Part shown: positions 40,102 through 52,106 of the stretch, piece by piece
Position numbering within the stretch: the stretch's first letter is position 1
Layout: every line of letters starts with the position of its first letter
From: Escherichia phage ECML-359
Reading direction: 5' to 3' (one strand)
Sequence record: OL631482.1
DNA length: 64,000 nucleotides
The notes under the pieces: model-generated
Told to the model about the DNA's origin: nothing
What the model saw: only the letters and a program-made list of their open reading frames with translations
Database searches by the model: none
Program-made: the position numbers and the translations under genes

Positions 40102-40335
40102 TTAGTAGCGGTTATAACCCCGGGGACCAAAAGAGTTGGCACCCAGGCGCTCATCTTTCTTTTTGGCTCTTGCTCTAAACCCAGAATCACCTGTTTGAGC
40201 TTTCAGTTCTTTTAACAATTTGGCCTTCAGGTCAGTAATGAAACCAATCCGGCGGTCTCCCTTGTAGACATAGATTCCATCATTTCTGTCACCATATGCC
40301 TGTGTAACTCTTTCATTTGTAATTAAGTTTAACAT
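40102..40335 (-). CDS. Small ORF paralogous to the N-terminal module of the downstream alc-like gene
   Basis: 77 aa; LITNERVTQAYGDRNDGIYVYKGDRRIGFITDLKAKL vs LISNEMIVNEYGDRHDGIYVYKGTKKIGLMTDLRKKL; early-type promoter upstream. Confidence 0.5.
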   Translation of the reverse strand: MLNLITNERVTQAYGDRNDGIYVYKGDRRIGFITDLKAKLLKELKAQTGDSGFRARAKKKDERLGANSFGPRGYNRY

Positions 40336-40406
40336 GTTTTAGTCCTCATCAGTAGTTGATGGAACCATTATGTATAGAAAGGAGGGGCTTGTACACCCCT
40401 TTTTTA

Positions 40407-41543
40407 TTATTCAGGAAGGATTACTTCCGCTTGGTAGTCCGACGGAATGTAAAGTTTATGATTTTTAAGGAAAACTTTATTGATTTGAGCAATCGTTTGT
40501 TCAGTTTCCTGTGGGCGTTGATAGGTGTTCATTAATACGGAGAACAATCCCGGGTACGGTTTGCACAACTCTTGACCTTTAATCGCGAACTCGCGACGGT
40601 CTTTCCCTGCTAACTGTTTCTGGGCATCAAGCAACAATCCAAGAGTGTTGGACAGATAATCCAGATGCGTTACAGTAAAGGCATTAACTTTTTCGCGAGC
40701 ATATGTATCGCCAGTAAACATGGCAATAACATCATCAGCGCCGCCAGCAACAACAACTTCAAACAGACGCTCATTATTATTAATGGAGTCTTTAGTATGA
40801 TGTAGAGCACAATACCATTCTGTTTTCATCTTGAACTTCTGACCGTTAGCCAGCTCATAGACGAAGCCTTCAATCTCTTTCATACCACGAACATTCTCAA
40901 TGCTCGCCGGGTCATATGCTTCAACCAGGAAAGGACGGAGCGCAGCATCTTTGAACAGTTCCTGATAAGGAATATATTCACCAGTTTCATTATGGCGAAC
41001 GTTCAGTAAAATCAGGTCACGTTCCTGGTAAGGCAAAACAATGCGGTTGGTTGGTGCAACATATTCCATATTGCATGTATAACCAGCTTCAGTGATTTCA
41101 GTTACGCGAGCCCTGAATGCACTGCGATGCTCTTGTTTAAACACCTGCAAGGATTCAGCGGCCTGTGAGCTTTTGATTGACCCTTTGGATTTAAAGGCGA
41201 TATTAGTCTGGTCCATATAAGTAGAAACCAAACTACCATCAGCTTTTGCAGTAACCAGGACAACCTCATCAAGGTTAAGGTCCATGGTCATTGGATTCTC
41301 ACCCAGATTAAAGAATTTTTCCATAGGCCGGGCGGCAATGCGAACTGGACCATTGTCATCCATTTCAAACATAATGCCACGGCACTCCAGCGCATCATCA
41401 AGAAGCCAATCACTATAGGAAGCATAGTTATAGCTAAAGATGCGGAACTTAGTTTCAAATGGAGAAACAAAATCCGTATAGAAAAACTTACCTTTATCGG
41501 ATTCGGCGCAAAGCTTCATTAAGTTATCATATAATTCAATCAT
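40407..41543 (-). CDS. rnlA: RNA ligase 1 (RnlA)
   Basis: 378 aa; FFYTDFVSPFETKFRIFSYNYASYSDWLLDDALECRGIMFEMD matches T4 Rnl1 as recalled. Confidence 0.9.
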   Translation of the reverse strand: MIELYDNLMKLCAESDKGKFFYTDFVSPFETKFRIFSYNYASYSDWLLDDALECRGIMFEMDDNGPVRIAARPMEKFFNLGENPMTMDLNLDEVVLVTAKADGSLVSTYMDQTNIAFKSKGSIKSSQAAESLQVFKQEHRSAFRARVTEITEAGYTCNMEYVAPTNRIVLPYQERDLILLNVRHNETGEYIPYQELFKDAALRPFLVEAYDPASIENVRGMKEIEGFVYELANGQKFKMKTEWYCALHHTKDSINNNERLFEVVVAGGADDVIAMFTGDTYAREKVNAFTVTHLDYLSNTLGLLLDAQKQLAGKDRREFAIKGQELCKPYPGLFSVLMNTYQRPQETEQTIAQINKVFLKNHKLYIPSDYQAEVILPE

Positions 41544-41956
41544 TTCTTCACCTTATGTTGGTAATTCCACGGGGGATTAAAAAGCTTGATGAACATCGGC
41601 TCTTCCAGAGACATCGTTTCGACTGACATTGTGCCAAGTTCATTGGTCATTGACAGATTGAAACATTGTCGTGCATAGAATATCACCTTTTTACCTTCTT
41701 GTAAAGCTTCATGTATCATCCGGGATTTGTTTGAATCACTCGTCTGTTCGATTCGGTTAATTGCAGTCCGGTAATAGTTGATACGCTTCTTAAGGTTGTT
41801 CGTCTTACCAATATACACTAGTTCATCATCAACTGAAATAGCATAGATAACATTTTTCTTGTTTGCGAGAGTAAGGATAGGGATTTTACCATCGACTAAC
41901 TCTAACTCCGCGTATTTTATAAAACTGTATTCATCAGCGATTTGTTTCATGGGCAA
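41540..41956 (-). CDS. denA: Endonuclease II (DenA)
   Basis: 138 aa; GIY-YIG-like region (VIYAISVDDELVYIGKTNNLKKRINYYR); matches T4 DenA. Confidence 0.9.
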   Translation of the reverse strand: MPMKQIADEYSFIKYAELELVDGKIPILTLANKKNVIYAISVDDELVYIGKTNNLKKRINYYRTAINRIEQTSDSNKSRMIHEALQEGKKVIFYARQCFNLSMTNELGTMSVETMSLEEPMFIKLFNPPWNYQHKVKK

Positions 41957-41976
41957 AAAGGGCCGAAGCCCTTTCC

Positions 41977-43155
41977 TTATAGATATTTACGGAAACCAGC
42001 AAGAACATTCTCATCGACGTCATTGTCAATCTGGGCTACCAGGTAAGCAGACAACTCAACTTCTTGTGGCGCAGATTGCACATTATCAGAGTTAAGATAT
42101 TCACGAATCCATGGAATCGGGTGCTTAGTAGATTCTAACACGATTTCACAAGGGAGACCGCATTGCTTCATACGAGAAACTGTCAAATAATCGATGAACC
42201 GGTTAAGAATCTCGACGCTCAACCCGGGGAGTCCACCATCTTTAAACAGATGCACGGCCCATTCTTTTTCCTGGCGGTTAACTTCCATGAAAATGGCTGC
42301 GGCTTCTGCTTCACATTCGTGTGCGATTTTAACCCATTCGTCACCGTCTACACCAGTTTGCAGCTGACGAAGAATATATTGTGTCCCCTTAAGGTGAAGC
42401 TGTTCATCACGGGCGATGAACTTCATTATTTTCGCATTACCTTCCATGATTTCCATGTTCTTATGGAAGTTGAAAGTACATGCAAAAGATACATAAAAAC
42501 GAATAGCTTCCAGTGCGTTAATAACATGCAGGCAGAGATAAAGAGACTTCATCAATGCTCGTTTGGCGATAGCTTCTTGTTTGATAGCTCGTTCCAAACG
42601 TTCGTCCGCTTCGGGAGTTTCTTTGGCCAGTTCAACAAAAGCAATCTGGTTTTGCCATTGACGAGTTTTATTCAGAACATCATCATAGTAATGACCAATG
42701 GATTCTGCGCGCTTCATGATTGCATCATCTAACAGGATTTCGTCGAATACCTTCGCCGGGTCCGTATAGAGATTTCGCATTATGTGCGTATAAGAACGAG
42801 AGTGAATTGTCTCGCTGAATGTCCAGGTCTGAATCCATGTATCAAGACTCGGGTCAGAAACTAATGCGGCTAATGCTGCAGCTGGAGCACGACCCTGAAT
42901 ACTATCCAGAAGTGATTGGTATTTCAGGTTATTTGTAAAAATATTTTGCTGATGGACAGGAAGCTTATTAAATTGAGCTCCGTCCATCATCAGGTTTACT
43001 TCCTCTGGGCGCCAGAAGAATGATAATTGCTTTTCTGTTAATTCTTCGAAAACTTTATGACGCTGGATATCATAACGTGCGATGCCCAATCCAGAACCGA
43101 AGAACATCGGCTCGGCTAAAACATCCACTGGAGTGGTATTAAAAACTGTACTCAT
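41977..43155 (-). CDS. nrdB: Ribonucleotide reductase small subunit NrdB (uninterrupted)
   Basis: 392 aa continuous ORF of the di-iron R2 family; no intron interruption. Confidence 0.95.
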   Translation of the reverse strand: MSTVFNTTPVDVLAEPMFFGSGLGIARYDIQRHKVFEELTEKQLSFFWRPEEVNLMMDGAQFNKLPVHQQNIFTNNLKYQSLLDSIQGRAPAAALAALVSDPSLDTWIQTWTFSETIHSRSYTHIMRNLYTDPAKVFDEILLDDAIMKRAESIGHYYDDVLNKTRQWQNQIAFVELAKETPEADERLERAIKQEAIAKRALMKSLYLCLHVINALEAIRFYVSFACTFNFHKNMEIMEGNAKIMKFIARDEQLHLKGTQYILRQLQTGVDGDEWVKIAHECEAEAAAIFMEVNRQEKEWAVHLFKDGGLPGLSVEILNRFIDYLTVSRMKQCGLPCEIVLESTKHPIPWIREYLNSDNVQSAPQEVELSAYLVAQIDNDVDENVLAGFRKYL

Positions 43156-43193
43156 TTTATTTCCTCAATAGCTCATCCATGAGCATAATTATA

Positions 43194-45449
43194 TCAAAGT
43201 TTACAGGCGGAGCAGTCTTCTGCTTTAGGAGCTTCGATTTCGTAATCGTCTGTTCCGGAACCATCTCTAGTGTTATGATAATAAAGGTTTTTTCCACCAA
43301 AATACCAGAAGTACATCAGGTCGTCAAGCATAACTGACATCGGAACTTTTCCTTTCGGATAATTCTGCGGGTCATAATACGTATTTGCTGATGCTGACTG
43401 ACAAATCCATTTCAACATAATCGCGACTTGGGTCAGATAAGGTTTGTTACCTTGCTTAGCTAGCACCCATGCGTAATCGTACAATCCTTTATTGTGCTCA
43501 ATATTGGGCACGACTTGATTAAAGGAACCCTCTTTTGACTCTTTAATAGAGACTGGCCCACGCGGAGGTTCGATACCGTTTGTACTGTTAGAAACTTGGG
43601 AAGATGACTCACAAGGCATAAGTGCTGATAATGTGCTATTACGGATGCCATGTTCAACCAGGTCTTCCCGCAACTGCGCCCAGTCACAAACGTAGTTTGG
43701 AGCTGCGATTTGGTCAATCTTTTTATTGTACCAGTCGATAGGTAATTCGCCTCGAGCCCAACGAGTGTCTGAATAATATTCGCAAGGTCCTTTTTCTTTG
43801 GCGAGCTTGATTGATGCTCGGATAAGGCCATATTGTAATCTCTCGAACAGTTCATGCGTTAAATCGTTTGCATCAGCGTAGGAAGCGAAATTGCTTGCCA
43901 ACCATGCAGCATAGTTAGTAACCCCAACACCCAGGTTGCGGCGTTTTTTGGCTTTCAGAGCTTCTTTAACCGGATAACCCTGGTAGTCCAACAGGTTATC
44001 AAGAGCACGAACCTGAACTTCAGCCAGCTCGTTAATCTTATCTTGGTCCTGCCAGTCAAAACTATCCAGAACAAATGCAGAGAGGGTGCACAATCCGATT
44101 TCAGCGTCTTCGCTGTTCACATCAGTAGTCGGGATTGCAATTTCACAACAAAGGTTCGATTGACGAATCGGAGCCTTATCGCGGATGAACGGAGTATAGT
44201 CATTCACGTTATCAACGAACTGTGGATAAACCCTGGCTGTACCGGAACGTTCGGTCATGAATAATTCGAACAGGTCTTTTGCTTTGATGCGCTTCTTACG
44301 AACTGTCGGGTCTTTTTCCAAGGCTTCGTATAACTCACGGAATTTATCCGGGTTATCAAAATATGAATAATACAATTCACCACCGGCTTCGTGCGGACTA
44401 AACAGAGTGATGTAATCATTCTTAGCCAGTCGTTCCATCATCAGGTTATTCAACTGGACACCATAGTCCATATGTCTGATGCGGTTTTCTTCAACACCCT
44501 TGTTATTCTTTAGAACGAGTAAATTTTCAACTTCCAAATGCCAAATAGGATAATAAGCAGTAGCAGCGCCGCCACGGATTCCACCTTGTGAACATGATTT
44601 AACAGCCGTTTGGAAATGTTTCCAGAACGGAATAACACCAGTATGCTTGACTTCGCCCATACCGATTTTAGAACCTTCAGCACGAATCATGCCAACGTTG
44701 ATACCGATACCTGCACGCTTACTGATATATTCGATGATTGAATTAGCAGTCTTATTGATTGACTTCAGGGAGTCCGCCGCTTCGATAACCACACAGGAAC
44801 TGAACTGCCTGGTAGGTGTTCTGGCGCCCGCCATGATAGGTGTGGGCAACGAAACCTGACGTGTGGATACTGCATCATAAAAACGGCAAACGTGCTTCAG
44901 ACGGTCCGTTGGTTCATCCTGGTGCAGTGCCATGCCGATAGCCATGATAGCGAATTGCGGAGTCTCGTAAATTTTACCGGTGGTTTTATCTTTAACCAGG
45001 TATTTCTCTTTCAACTGCATCGCGCCTGCATAAGTCAGGTCAAAATCACGTTCGTGCTTGATACGAGATTCCAGATAAGTAATCTCTTCGGCAGAATAAC
45101 TTGATAACAGTTCCGGGTCATATTTGCCTTCATTGACACAATAAGAAATCTGGTCAATAAAAGAACGCGGTTCGAACTGGCCATAAACATCTTTACGCAG
45201 AGCAAACATCGTAGCCTTCGCTGCAACGTATTGGTAATCTGGTTCTTCAACCGAGATAAGCCCAGCAGACACTTTGATGATAACCGTCTGAATATCGCGG
45301 GTAGTCATACCATCGCGCAGATGTGGTTTGATTGTTTCGTATAATTCATACGGGTCGATATTAGTTCCTTCGCATGACCAGGAAAGAACTTTAATAATTT
45401 TCTGGCCATCAAAATCTTGAGAGACGCCACTACTTTTTTGTACTTGCAT
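43194..45449 (-). CDS. nrdA: Ribonucleotide reductase large subunit NrdA
   Basis: 751 aa; class I RNR alpha features including the C-terminal redox cysteine pair (CSACKL). Confidence 0.95.
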   Translation of the reverse strand: MQVQKSSGVSQDFDGQKIIKVLSWSCEGTNIDPYELYETIKPHLRDGMTTRDIQTVIIKVSAGLISVEEPDYQYVAAKATMFALRKDVYGQFEPRSFIDQISYCVNEGKYDPELLSSYSAEEITYLESRIKHERDFDLTYAGAMQLKEKYLVKDKTTGKIYETPQFAIMAIGMALHQDEPTDRLKHVCRFYDAVSTRQVSLPTPIMAGARTPTRQFSSCVVIEAADSLKSINKTANSIIEYISKRAGIGINVGMIRAEGSKIGMGEVKHTGVIPFWKHFQTAVKSCSQGGIRGGAATAYYPIWHLEVENLLVLKNNKGVEENRIRHMDYGVQLNNLMMERLAKNDYITLFSPHEAGGELYYSYFDNPDKFRELYEALEKDPTVRKKRIKAKDLFELFMTERSGTARVYPQFVDNVNDYTPFIRDKAPIRQSNLCCEIAIPTTDVNSEDAEIGLCTLSAFVLDSFDWQDQDKINELAEVQVRALDNLLDYQGYPVKEALKAKKRRNLGVGVTNYAAWLASNFASYADANDLTHELFERLQYGLIRASIKLAKEKGPCEYYSDTRWARGELPIDWYNKKIDQIAAPNYVCDWAQLREDLVEHGIRNSTLSALMPCESSSQVSNSTNGIEPPRGPVSIKESKEGSFNQVVPNIEHNKGLYDYAWVLAKQGNKPYLTQVAIMLKWICQSASANTYYDPQNYPKGKVPMSVMLDDLMYFWYFGGKNLYYHNTRDGSGTDDYEIEAPKAEDCSACKL

Positions 45450-45482
45450 GTTTTCCTCTATAGTTCAAAAGGGTTGGGAACC

Positions 45483-45728
45483 TTAAATTGTCTCTGGCAG
45501 TTCCGAAGACATTTCATCATTATATTCTTCTTCTGACTGGACGGTGATGTCAAAATATGACTGGACGTCACCGGCTGCATCATGACAGTAGACACGTTCA
45601 TGACGTTTGGCCAGAAATTTGATTCCGTCAATAGTGATATAAGAATTTGGTGCCGGTAAATCCTGTTCGGTAAATTGTATCATTTCAAAAATGACTTCGC
45701 CAGTCTGGCGTTTAAATCGTAAATTCAT
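45483..45728 (-). CDS. Hypothetical protein (nrdA-td intergenic cluster)
   Basis: 81 aa ORF. Confidence 0.5.
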   Translation of the reverse strand: MNLRFKRQTGEVIFEMIQFTEQDLPAPNSYITIDGIKFLAKRHERVYCHDAAGDVQSYFDITVQSEEEYNDEMSSELPETI

Positions 45729-45787
45729 AATTTCCTCTCATTAAATTTTAAATAATTATATCACAGTGCCCTGAAGCGGAATCGTAT

Positions 45788-46087
45788 TTATGTTCCCAAA
45801 TCCTCGAGCGAAAAGGTGTCTTTGAAAAGTTTATTAACGACCAGGGCGATAACATCACCATGACATGACTTTGGTTTGCATGTACAGGCTAATCGCATTC
45901 CGCGGAGGGTTTCAAGGTGTTCTCTTTTAATTTCACCCGATTTAATCTTTGATATGAAATATTCTTTAAAGTTCTTTATGTTTTCTTCTCGGGTACCATC
46001 TTTATATGGGTTTCCCCACATGGTACCCCGTTGAATATTCACATCAAAGTCAGATTGATATTTGTTAACAACCCGACATGCTTTCAT
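45788..46087 (-). CDS. Hypothetical protein, possibly DUF4326-like
   Basis: 99 aa; WGNPY...ACTCKPKSCHGDV resembles the DUF4326 signature as I recall it; unverified. Confidence 0.5.
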   Translation of the reverse strand: MKACRVVNKYQSDFDVNIQRGTMWGNPYKDGTREENIKNFKEYFISKIKSGEIKREHLETLRGMRLACTCKPKSCHGDVIALVVNKLFKDTFSLEDLGT

Positions 46088-46148
46088 AGTAGGAAGTTAA
46101 GTCCGACCATTACGACCAGAAATAAAATACCGGCAATTTGAATTTTCA

Positions 46149-46345
46149 TTAGACCTCGACAATAAACCAGATAGACCGATTGAAATCATCATATTCATAC
46201 GATTTAACCACACGCATAACATAAAGTTCTTTGTTCTGGACAAAAATCGTTGTTTTCTCTTTAGGCAGTTCATCGAGACTTATGTTCATTTTTTCAAACA
46301 GCACCTCATTGGTACCGTATCTATTGTTTACTATACGAATATTCA

Positions 46346-46346
<1 letters not shown>
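46149..46346 (-). CDS. Hypothetical protein
   Basis: 65 aa ORF abutting the td start. Confidence 0.45.
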
Positions 46347-48161
<1,815 letters not shown>

Positions 48162-48214
48162 TTTTTAAAGCATTGCATAATAGAATTCATCATTCATAAA
48201 CTCAAATACAAAAA

Positions 48215-48574
48215 TTATATTATCTCCCATCGAAAAGGGTCAGGAGCATATCCGATAGAGTTAATCATTTTAACTAAAGTTACCATTCCTTTGTTAACTG
48301 CTTGTGCGATTTCATCAAAAACTTCATCGCTATCATCATAAAGGTCATTAAAAAGTTCTAACACGTTCTTCTGAACTTTTAATTTATGACCAACAATCTC
48401 GCCTACAGTAAATTCGTTTCCGCCGATTCCAGTGTAAAACGTAATTACACCAGTTAACAGACTTTCGCGAGAATCTAGGTCATGTGATAAATTAATATAA
48501 GCCATCCCGGGTGCAGTTTTAAGTTGGCAACGAATTCTTACTTGGGTAATTCCGGTTACATGAATGTCGGACAT
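48215..48574 (-). CDS. Hypothetical protein (frd.x cluster)
   Basis: 119 aa ORF. Confidence 0.5.
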   Translation of the reverse strand: MSDIHVTGITQVRIRCQLKTAPGMAYINLSHDLDSRESLLTGVITFYTGIGGNEFTVGEIVGHKLKVQKNVLELFNDLYDDSDEVFDEIAQAVNKGMVTLVKMINSIGYAPDPFRWEII

Positions 48575-48584
48575 ATTATTTTCC

Positions 48585-48827
48585 TCAAACAGACTTTTTC
48601 ACAATTTTCCAGTCAGCTTTAAATTGGTCAACATCAGAGTGGTGAATCCAGAAACCAGATGAGCTACCATCTTCATAAAGAGGGCAACCATCACACTCAT
48701 CTTTCCAACCCATTGCACACAAAGTTTCTTCAGCTTTTTCCAGAGCTTCTGGATTGTTACCCTGGATTGTGAAGTACCATTTACCTTTAACTTCTGAATC
48801 TTTGATGCTCTCACGTTGTAATTTCAT
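48585..48827 (-). CDS. Hypothetical protein (frd.x cluster)
   Basis: 80 aa; early-type promoter upstream. Confidence 0.5.
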   Translation of the reverse strand: MKLQRESIKDSEVKGKWYFTIQGNNPEALEKAEETLCAMGWKDECDGCPLYEDGSSSGFWIHHSDVDQFKADWKIVKKSV

Positions 48828-48885
48828 TTTATTCTCCTCAAGTTGGTAAGGCTATAGTATCATTACCATAGCCTGTTGTAAACAT

Positions 48886-49131
48886 TTATTTTTGGATTAA
48901 GCCCATATAAAATTCAGCATCTTCAACATGCATACCATCACAATACTCGTCAGTCATAAAACGAGTAAGGTCTTCAAGAGGACCTTGGATTTCAATTTGG
49001 ATACTGAAGAATTGGGTATCTTTAATATAAGTCATACTCAAAGAAGGATAACGATTACGGATAACTTCGTAAGTGTATTCAAAATCAACAATATCAATAT
49101 TAACTTTAGCCATTTTATTTTCCTCACTCAT
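48886..49131 (-). CDS. Hypothetical protein (frd.x cluster)
   Basis: 81 aa ORF. Confidence 0.5.
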   Translation of the reverse strand: MSEENKMAKVNIDIVDFEYTYEVIRNRYPSLSMTYIKDTQFFSIQIEIQGPLEDLTRFMTDEYCDGMHVEDAEFYMGLIQK

Positions 49132-49180
49132 TAGTTGATAGGTCTATAATAACATAATCATAGACATTATACACTACTTT

Positions 49181-49447
49181 TTAAATTTTGTCGAGCCATT
49201 TACCAAGTTTGGTCATTTCTTTGGTAGCTTTTTCCAGACTTCTGAACTTGACTAACAAAGGATAAGTATCTACACCCATAACTAAAGTGGTTACAAGACT
49301 ATGCTCGCCTACAAGCCATAGAGAATACGTTTGAACATCAAGTCCGTAATTTCGGTCTTTATGGACACGTACACCCATCACTTCAAACTGTTCGCTGGCT
49401 TTTTCTACTGCATCCAGGAAATCATCTTTAGTCATATTAAATTCCAA
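49181..49447 (-). CDS. Hypothetical protein (frd.x cluster)
   Basis: 88 aa ORF. Confidence 0.5.
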   Translation of the reverse strand: MEFNMTKDDFLDAVEKASEQFEVMGVRVHKDRNYGLDVQTYSLWLVGEHSLVTTLVMGVDTYPLLVKFRSLEKATKEMTKLGKWLDKI

Positions 49448-49802
49448 AGGTAGCTTTAATCAAGGCAATGACTTCAGCAGCATTTTTGTGATTAACCTGC
49501 ACATGAATGGTTTGCGTGTCAACAACAGGAGCATCTTCATCAACTTCCAGGAAGTGGCGGAATTCCCATTCAGCGAGTTCAAAGTACTCATCAGCATCAT
49601 CCATACTATCCAAGATGGTACCATCTTTCATTTCAACTTTTTCAACAAAATAATCGCCATCAATAAAGCACATATCCAGGACTTTGAAGGAACTGCCATG
49701 CTGTTCCATCAGCTTGACCATGCGCGAATTATCATCAGGACTACCAGCGATGAAATGTTTTTTAGCAGCAGGGTCTAATACGTAAGTTTTACCAGTTTCC
49801 AT
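49437..49802 (-). CDS. Hypothetical protein (frd.x cluster)
   Basis: 121 aa; preceded by an early-type promoter with the conserved 23-nt leader. Confidence 0.5.
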   Translation of the reverse strand: METGKTYVLDPAAKKHFIAGSPDDNSRMVKLMEQHGSSFKVLDMCFIDGDYFVEKVEMKDGTILDSMDDADEYFELAEWEFRHFLEVDEDAPVVDTQTIHVQVNHKNAAEVIALIKATFGI

Positions 49803-49839
49803 TTTGATTTCCTCGGTTGTTTATCGTGTAACTCAGTAT

Positions 49840-49885
49840 GGAATCATTATGCCTTAGCTCAAAGGACTTGTACACTACTTTTTGA
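49840..49885 (-). promoter_or_regulatory. Early-type promoter with conserved 23-nt leader, upstream of ORF 49437-49802
   Basis: Minus strand reads GTGTACaagtcctttgagctaaggCATAATGATTCCATACTGAGTTAC. Confidence 0.55.
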
Positions 49886-49912
49886 AAATAAAAAAGGGAC
49901 CCGAAGGTCCCC
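49885..49912 (-). terminator. Intrinsic terminator after gene 32
   Basis: Minus strand reads GGGACC-ttcg-GGTCCC followed by TTTTTTATTTT. Confidence 0.85.
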
Positions 49913-49917
49913 TTATA

Positions 49918-50829
49918 TTAAAGGCCAGCCAGAAGGTCGTCAAGACCATCATCAGAAGGCTCTGGAGTGCTTGGAGCAGTCGCAGTGCGTTCAGACTTAG
50001 CAGGTTTACTGGAAGTGAAATCTTCCATATCTTTATCAAAATCGTCCAGGTCAGCGCCCAGTTTATCAGCTTGTGCAGCAGCTTTAGAAGCAGCACCGCC
50101 GAGAGCAGCCGTACCCATTACTTTAGAGAATTTCTTCTGATTCTCTTCAAGGGATTTAAACACCAGCAATTCATTCAGGTCAGACATTTCGTCCCAAAGT
50201 TTTTTCTGGAATGCTTCATCATTGATACCAGCGATTTCGGACTGGTTCATGAATTTGGAATCATCGTAGTTTTTATAACCGGAAACCAGTTTAGATTTCA
50301 GTACAAAGTTTGCACCTTCAAAAGGACAAGTTACGTCAATAGCTGTTTCGCCCATGTCAACATCGACTTCAACCATCTGGTTAATTTTGTCCATGATTTT
50401 CTTGCCGAAGCGATATTTGAATACTTGGCCTTCGTTAGACGGAACAGCAGGGTCTTTAATGACCAGGATGTTAGCCCAGTAAGAAGTATTACGCTTCAGT
50501 TTACGATATTCGGATTCGTTTGTATTGTACAGGTCATTCTTATTCATGTACGCACACACAGGGCAGTTTTCATAGTCACCGTGAGTGGAAGTACAGTTTT
50601 CAATATACCATTGACCCGCATTTTTAAAGCCGTGGTTAACGAGCTTAATGAACGGAGATGGATTTTCTTCATTCTTAGAAGGCAGGAAACGAATAACCGC
50701 AGAGCCGACGCCATCAGTATCTTTCAGTTTCCATTCTTTTTTATCGTCAGAAGAGAAACCAGAACCACCTTTCAGAGCGTTAAGGGAAGCAGCCAGGTCA
50801 GCAGGGTTTTTACGTTTAAACATAGACAT
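49918..50829 (-). CDS. 32: Single-stranded DNA-binding protein gp32
   Basis: 303 aa; [17 protein letters not shown]...[15 protein letters not shown]...[10 protein letters not shown] matches T4 gp32; acidic C-terminus. Confidence 0.95.
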   Translation of the reverse strand: MSMFKRKNPADLAASLNALKGGSGFSSDDKKEWKLKDTDGVGSAVIRFLPSKNEENPSPFIKLVNHGFKNAGQWYIENCTSTHGDYENCPVCAYMNKNDLYNTNESEYRKLKRNTSYWANILVIKDPAVPSNEGQVFKYRFGKKIMDKINQMVEVDVDMGETAIDVTCPFEGANFVLKSKLVSGYKNYDDSKFMNQSEIAGINDEAFQKKLWDEMSDLNELLVFKSLEENQKKFSKVMGTAALGGAASKAAAQADKLGADLDDFDKDMEDFTSSKPAKSERTATAPSTPEPSDDGLDDLLAGL

Positions 50830-50889
50830 ATGATTTTCCTTAGATTATTTGATTTTTAGCAGTTGTTTTGATTACGTATTAATTATACT

Positions 50890-51558
50890 TCAAAGTGTTT
50901 GAAGCGTTATTTGACAGTTTTTAACGGTCTCAATGAACAATTTACGAGCTTCAAGAGAATCGATATTTAAGATTTTCTTATAGGCATTTAGTTTGGTTGA
51001 ATACTTTTCCCAAACCAAGTCGTTAGTCTGTTCATCATGTTTATTTATAATATCTAAAAATGAATCAAGCAAACAAAACGTTTCAAATGAGATAACATTC
51101 GATTGGAGAAGTTTGAAAATATAACTTGTGTTCACTTTAGTGTTATACTCGAAAATCTCTTGAAGCGATTTGACTTCGACTTTCTTACTGAAGTAATAGA
51201 TATTCTTTATATCATCTTCGTATACTTGTTTAATTCTTTTAAGTCTGCCAATGTATTCTCGATAAAATATCAGAGCATCAGCATCACTTATATCACCTAT
51301 CCATGCATCCTGGTTCGCAACCAGGTTTGACATGAATATTAACGTTAATTCTTTGAGAGTGTACTTATCACTAAGCTTTTCGAAAAAATACTTATCGCGA
51401 CGTTTTTGATAAGCACTATCGGAGATTCGCATGGTCCAGTTATATTTGATAATATCATAACGACCCGAAAAATGCTGTTTGATGGATAAGTACAGTTGAT
51501 ATACTGATTTACCATTTATGTATCGGTTGTTATTTGGAGGCATGCGAATCGTAATCAT
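50890..51558 (-). CDS. 59: Helicase loader gp59
   Basis: 222 aa; YNWTMRISDSAYQKRRDKYFFEKLSDKY...DAWIGDISDADALIFYREYIGRLK matches T4 gp59. Confidence 0.9.
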   Translation of the reverse strand: MITIRMPPNNNRYINGKSVYQLYLSIKQHFSGRYDIIKYNWTMRISDSAYQKRRDKYFFEKLSDKYTLKELTLIFMSNLVANQDAWIGDISDADALIFYREYIGRLKRIKQVYEDDIKNIYYFSKKVEVKSLQEIFEYNTKVNTSYIFKLLQSNVISFETFCLLDSFLDIINKHDEQTNDLVWEKYSTKLNAYKKILNIDSLEARKLFIETVKNCQITLQTL

Positions 51559-51875
51559 AACAAAAAGTCCAGCGTATTAGTTTTCTGTGTACGAGACATA
51601 CTCGGACGAAGCAGGTTATCATCATAGGCTTCGTTCATAATCTTATCAATGATTCCCGCAGGAATGTATCGCGCAAAATTACCTTCAGGAATTCCACGTT
51701 CTTCCAACCAGGCAGTCGCAGCTTCCAGATAAGACATTTCAGTTGACTCAACCATGGCTTCAATATCAAGCCCGTTTTGCTGCTTACTAATCGCCCCGGA
51801 AGGCGATTCAGTTTTCTGTGTATCAAAATTAACTAAAGAGGACATCATAGAGCTCCACAGCTTCGGTTTTTTCAT
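51555..51875 (-). CDS. 33: Late transcription accessory protein gp33 (start uncertain)
   Basis: C-terminal KTNTLDFLL and MSYLEAATAWLEE match T4 gp33; the ORF-track start is a non-ATG codon further upstream (51941); I chose an in-frame ATG giving about 106 aa. Confidence 0.7.
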   Translation of the reverse strand: MKKPKLWSSMMSSLVNFDTQKTESPSGAISKQQNGLDIEAMVESTEMSYLEAATAWLEERGIPEGNFARYIPAGIIDKIMNEAYDDNLLRPSMSRTQKTNTLDFLL

Positions 51876-52098
51876 CTTCAAAACGTTCACGAGTGCCTTT
51901 ATGATACAGGCCGAGCTGTGTATTGAACATCTTACCGTCAACGCCTAATTCAGTTTTTGCCTTATCTTTAAGGTCTTTAATTTCGTCTGCATATGCTTCC
52001 ATTTTTAATTTGGTATCGGAAGCAGCTTTAATCAGCTTGGCTAGCTCAGCACCATGAGTATCAGGACAAAATTCAACTTTCACTTTTTTCTCTTTCAT
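51829..52098 (-). CDS. dsbA: DsbA (late-gene dsDNA-binding protein)
   Basis: 89 aa, same length as T4 DsbA; between rnh and gene 33 as in T4. Confidence 0.7.
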   Translation of the reverse strand: MKEKKVKVEFCPDTHGAELAKLIKAASDTKLKMEAYADEIKDLKDKAKTELGVDGKMFNTQLGLYHKGTRERFEDEKTEAVELYDVLFS

Positions 52099-52106
52099 AA
52101 TATACC

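Noticed and set aside
50830-50889. Gene 32 leader as a copy of the T4 gene 32 translational operator pseudoknot
   Set aside because: The region is AT-rich with a MotA-box-like element and TATAAT, but I could not convincingly reconstruct the pseudoknot by eye; left unannotated
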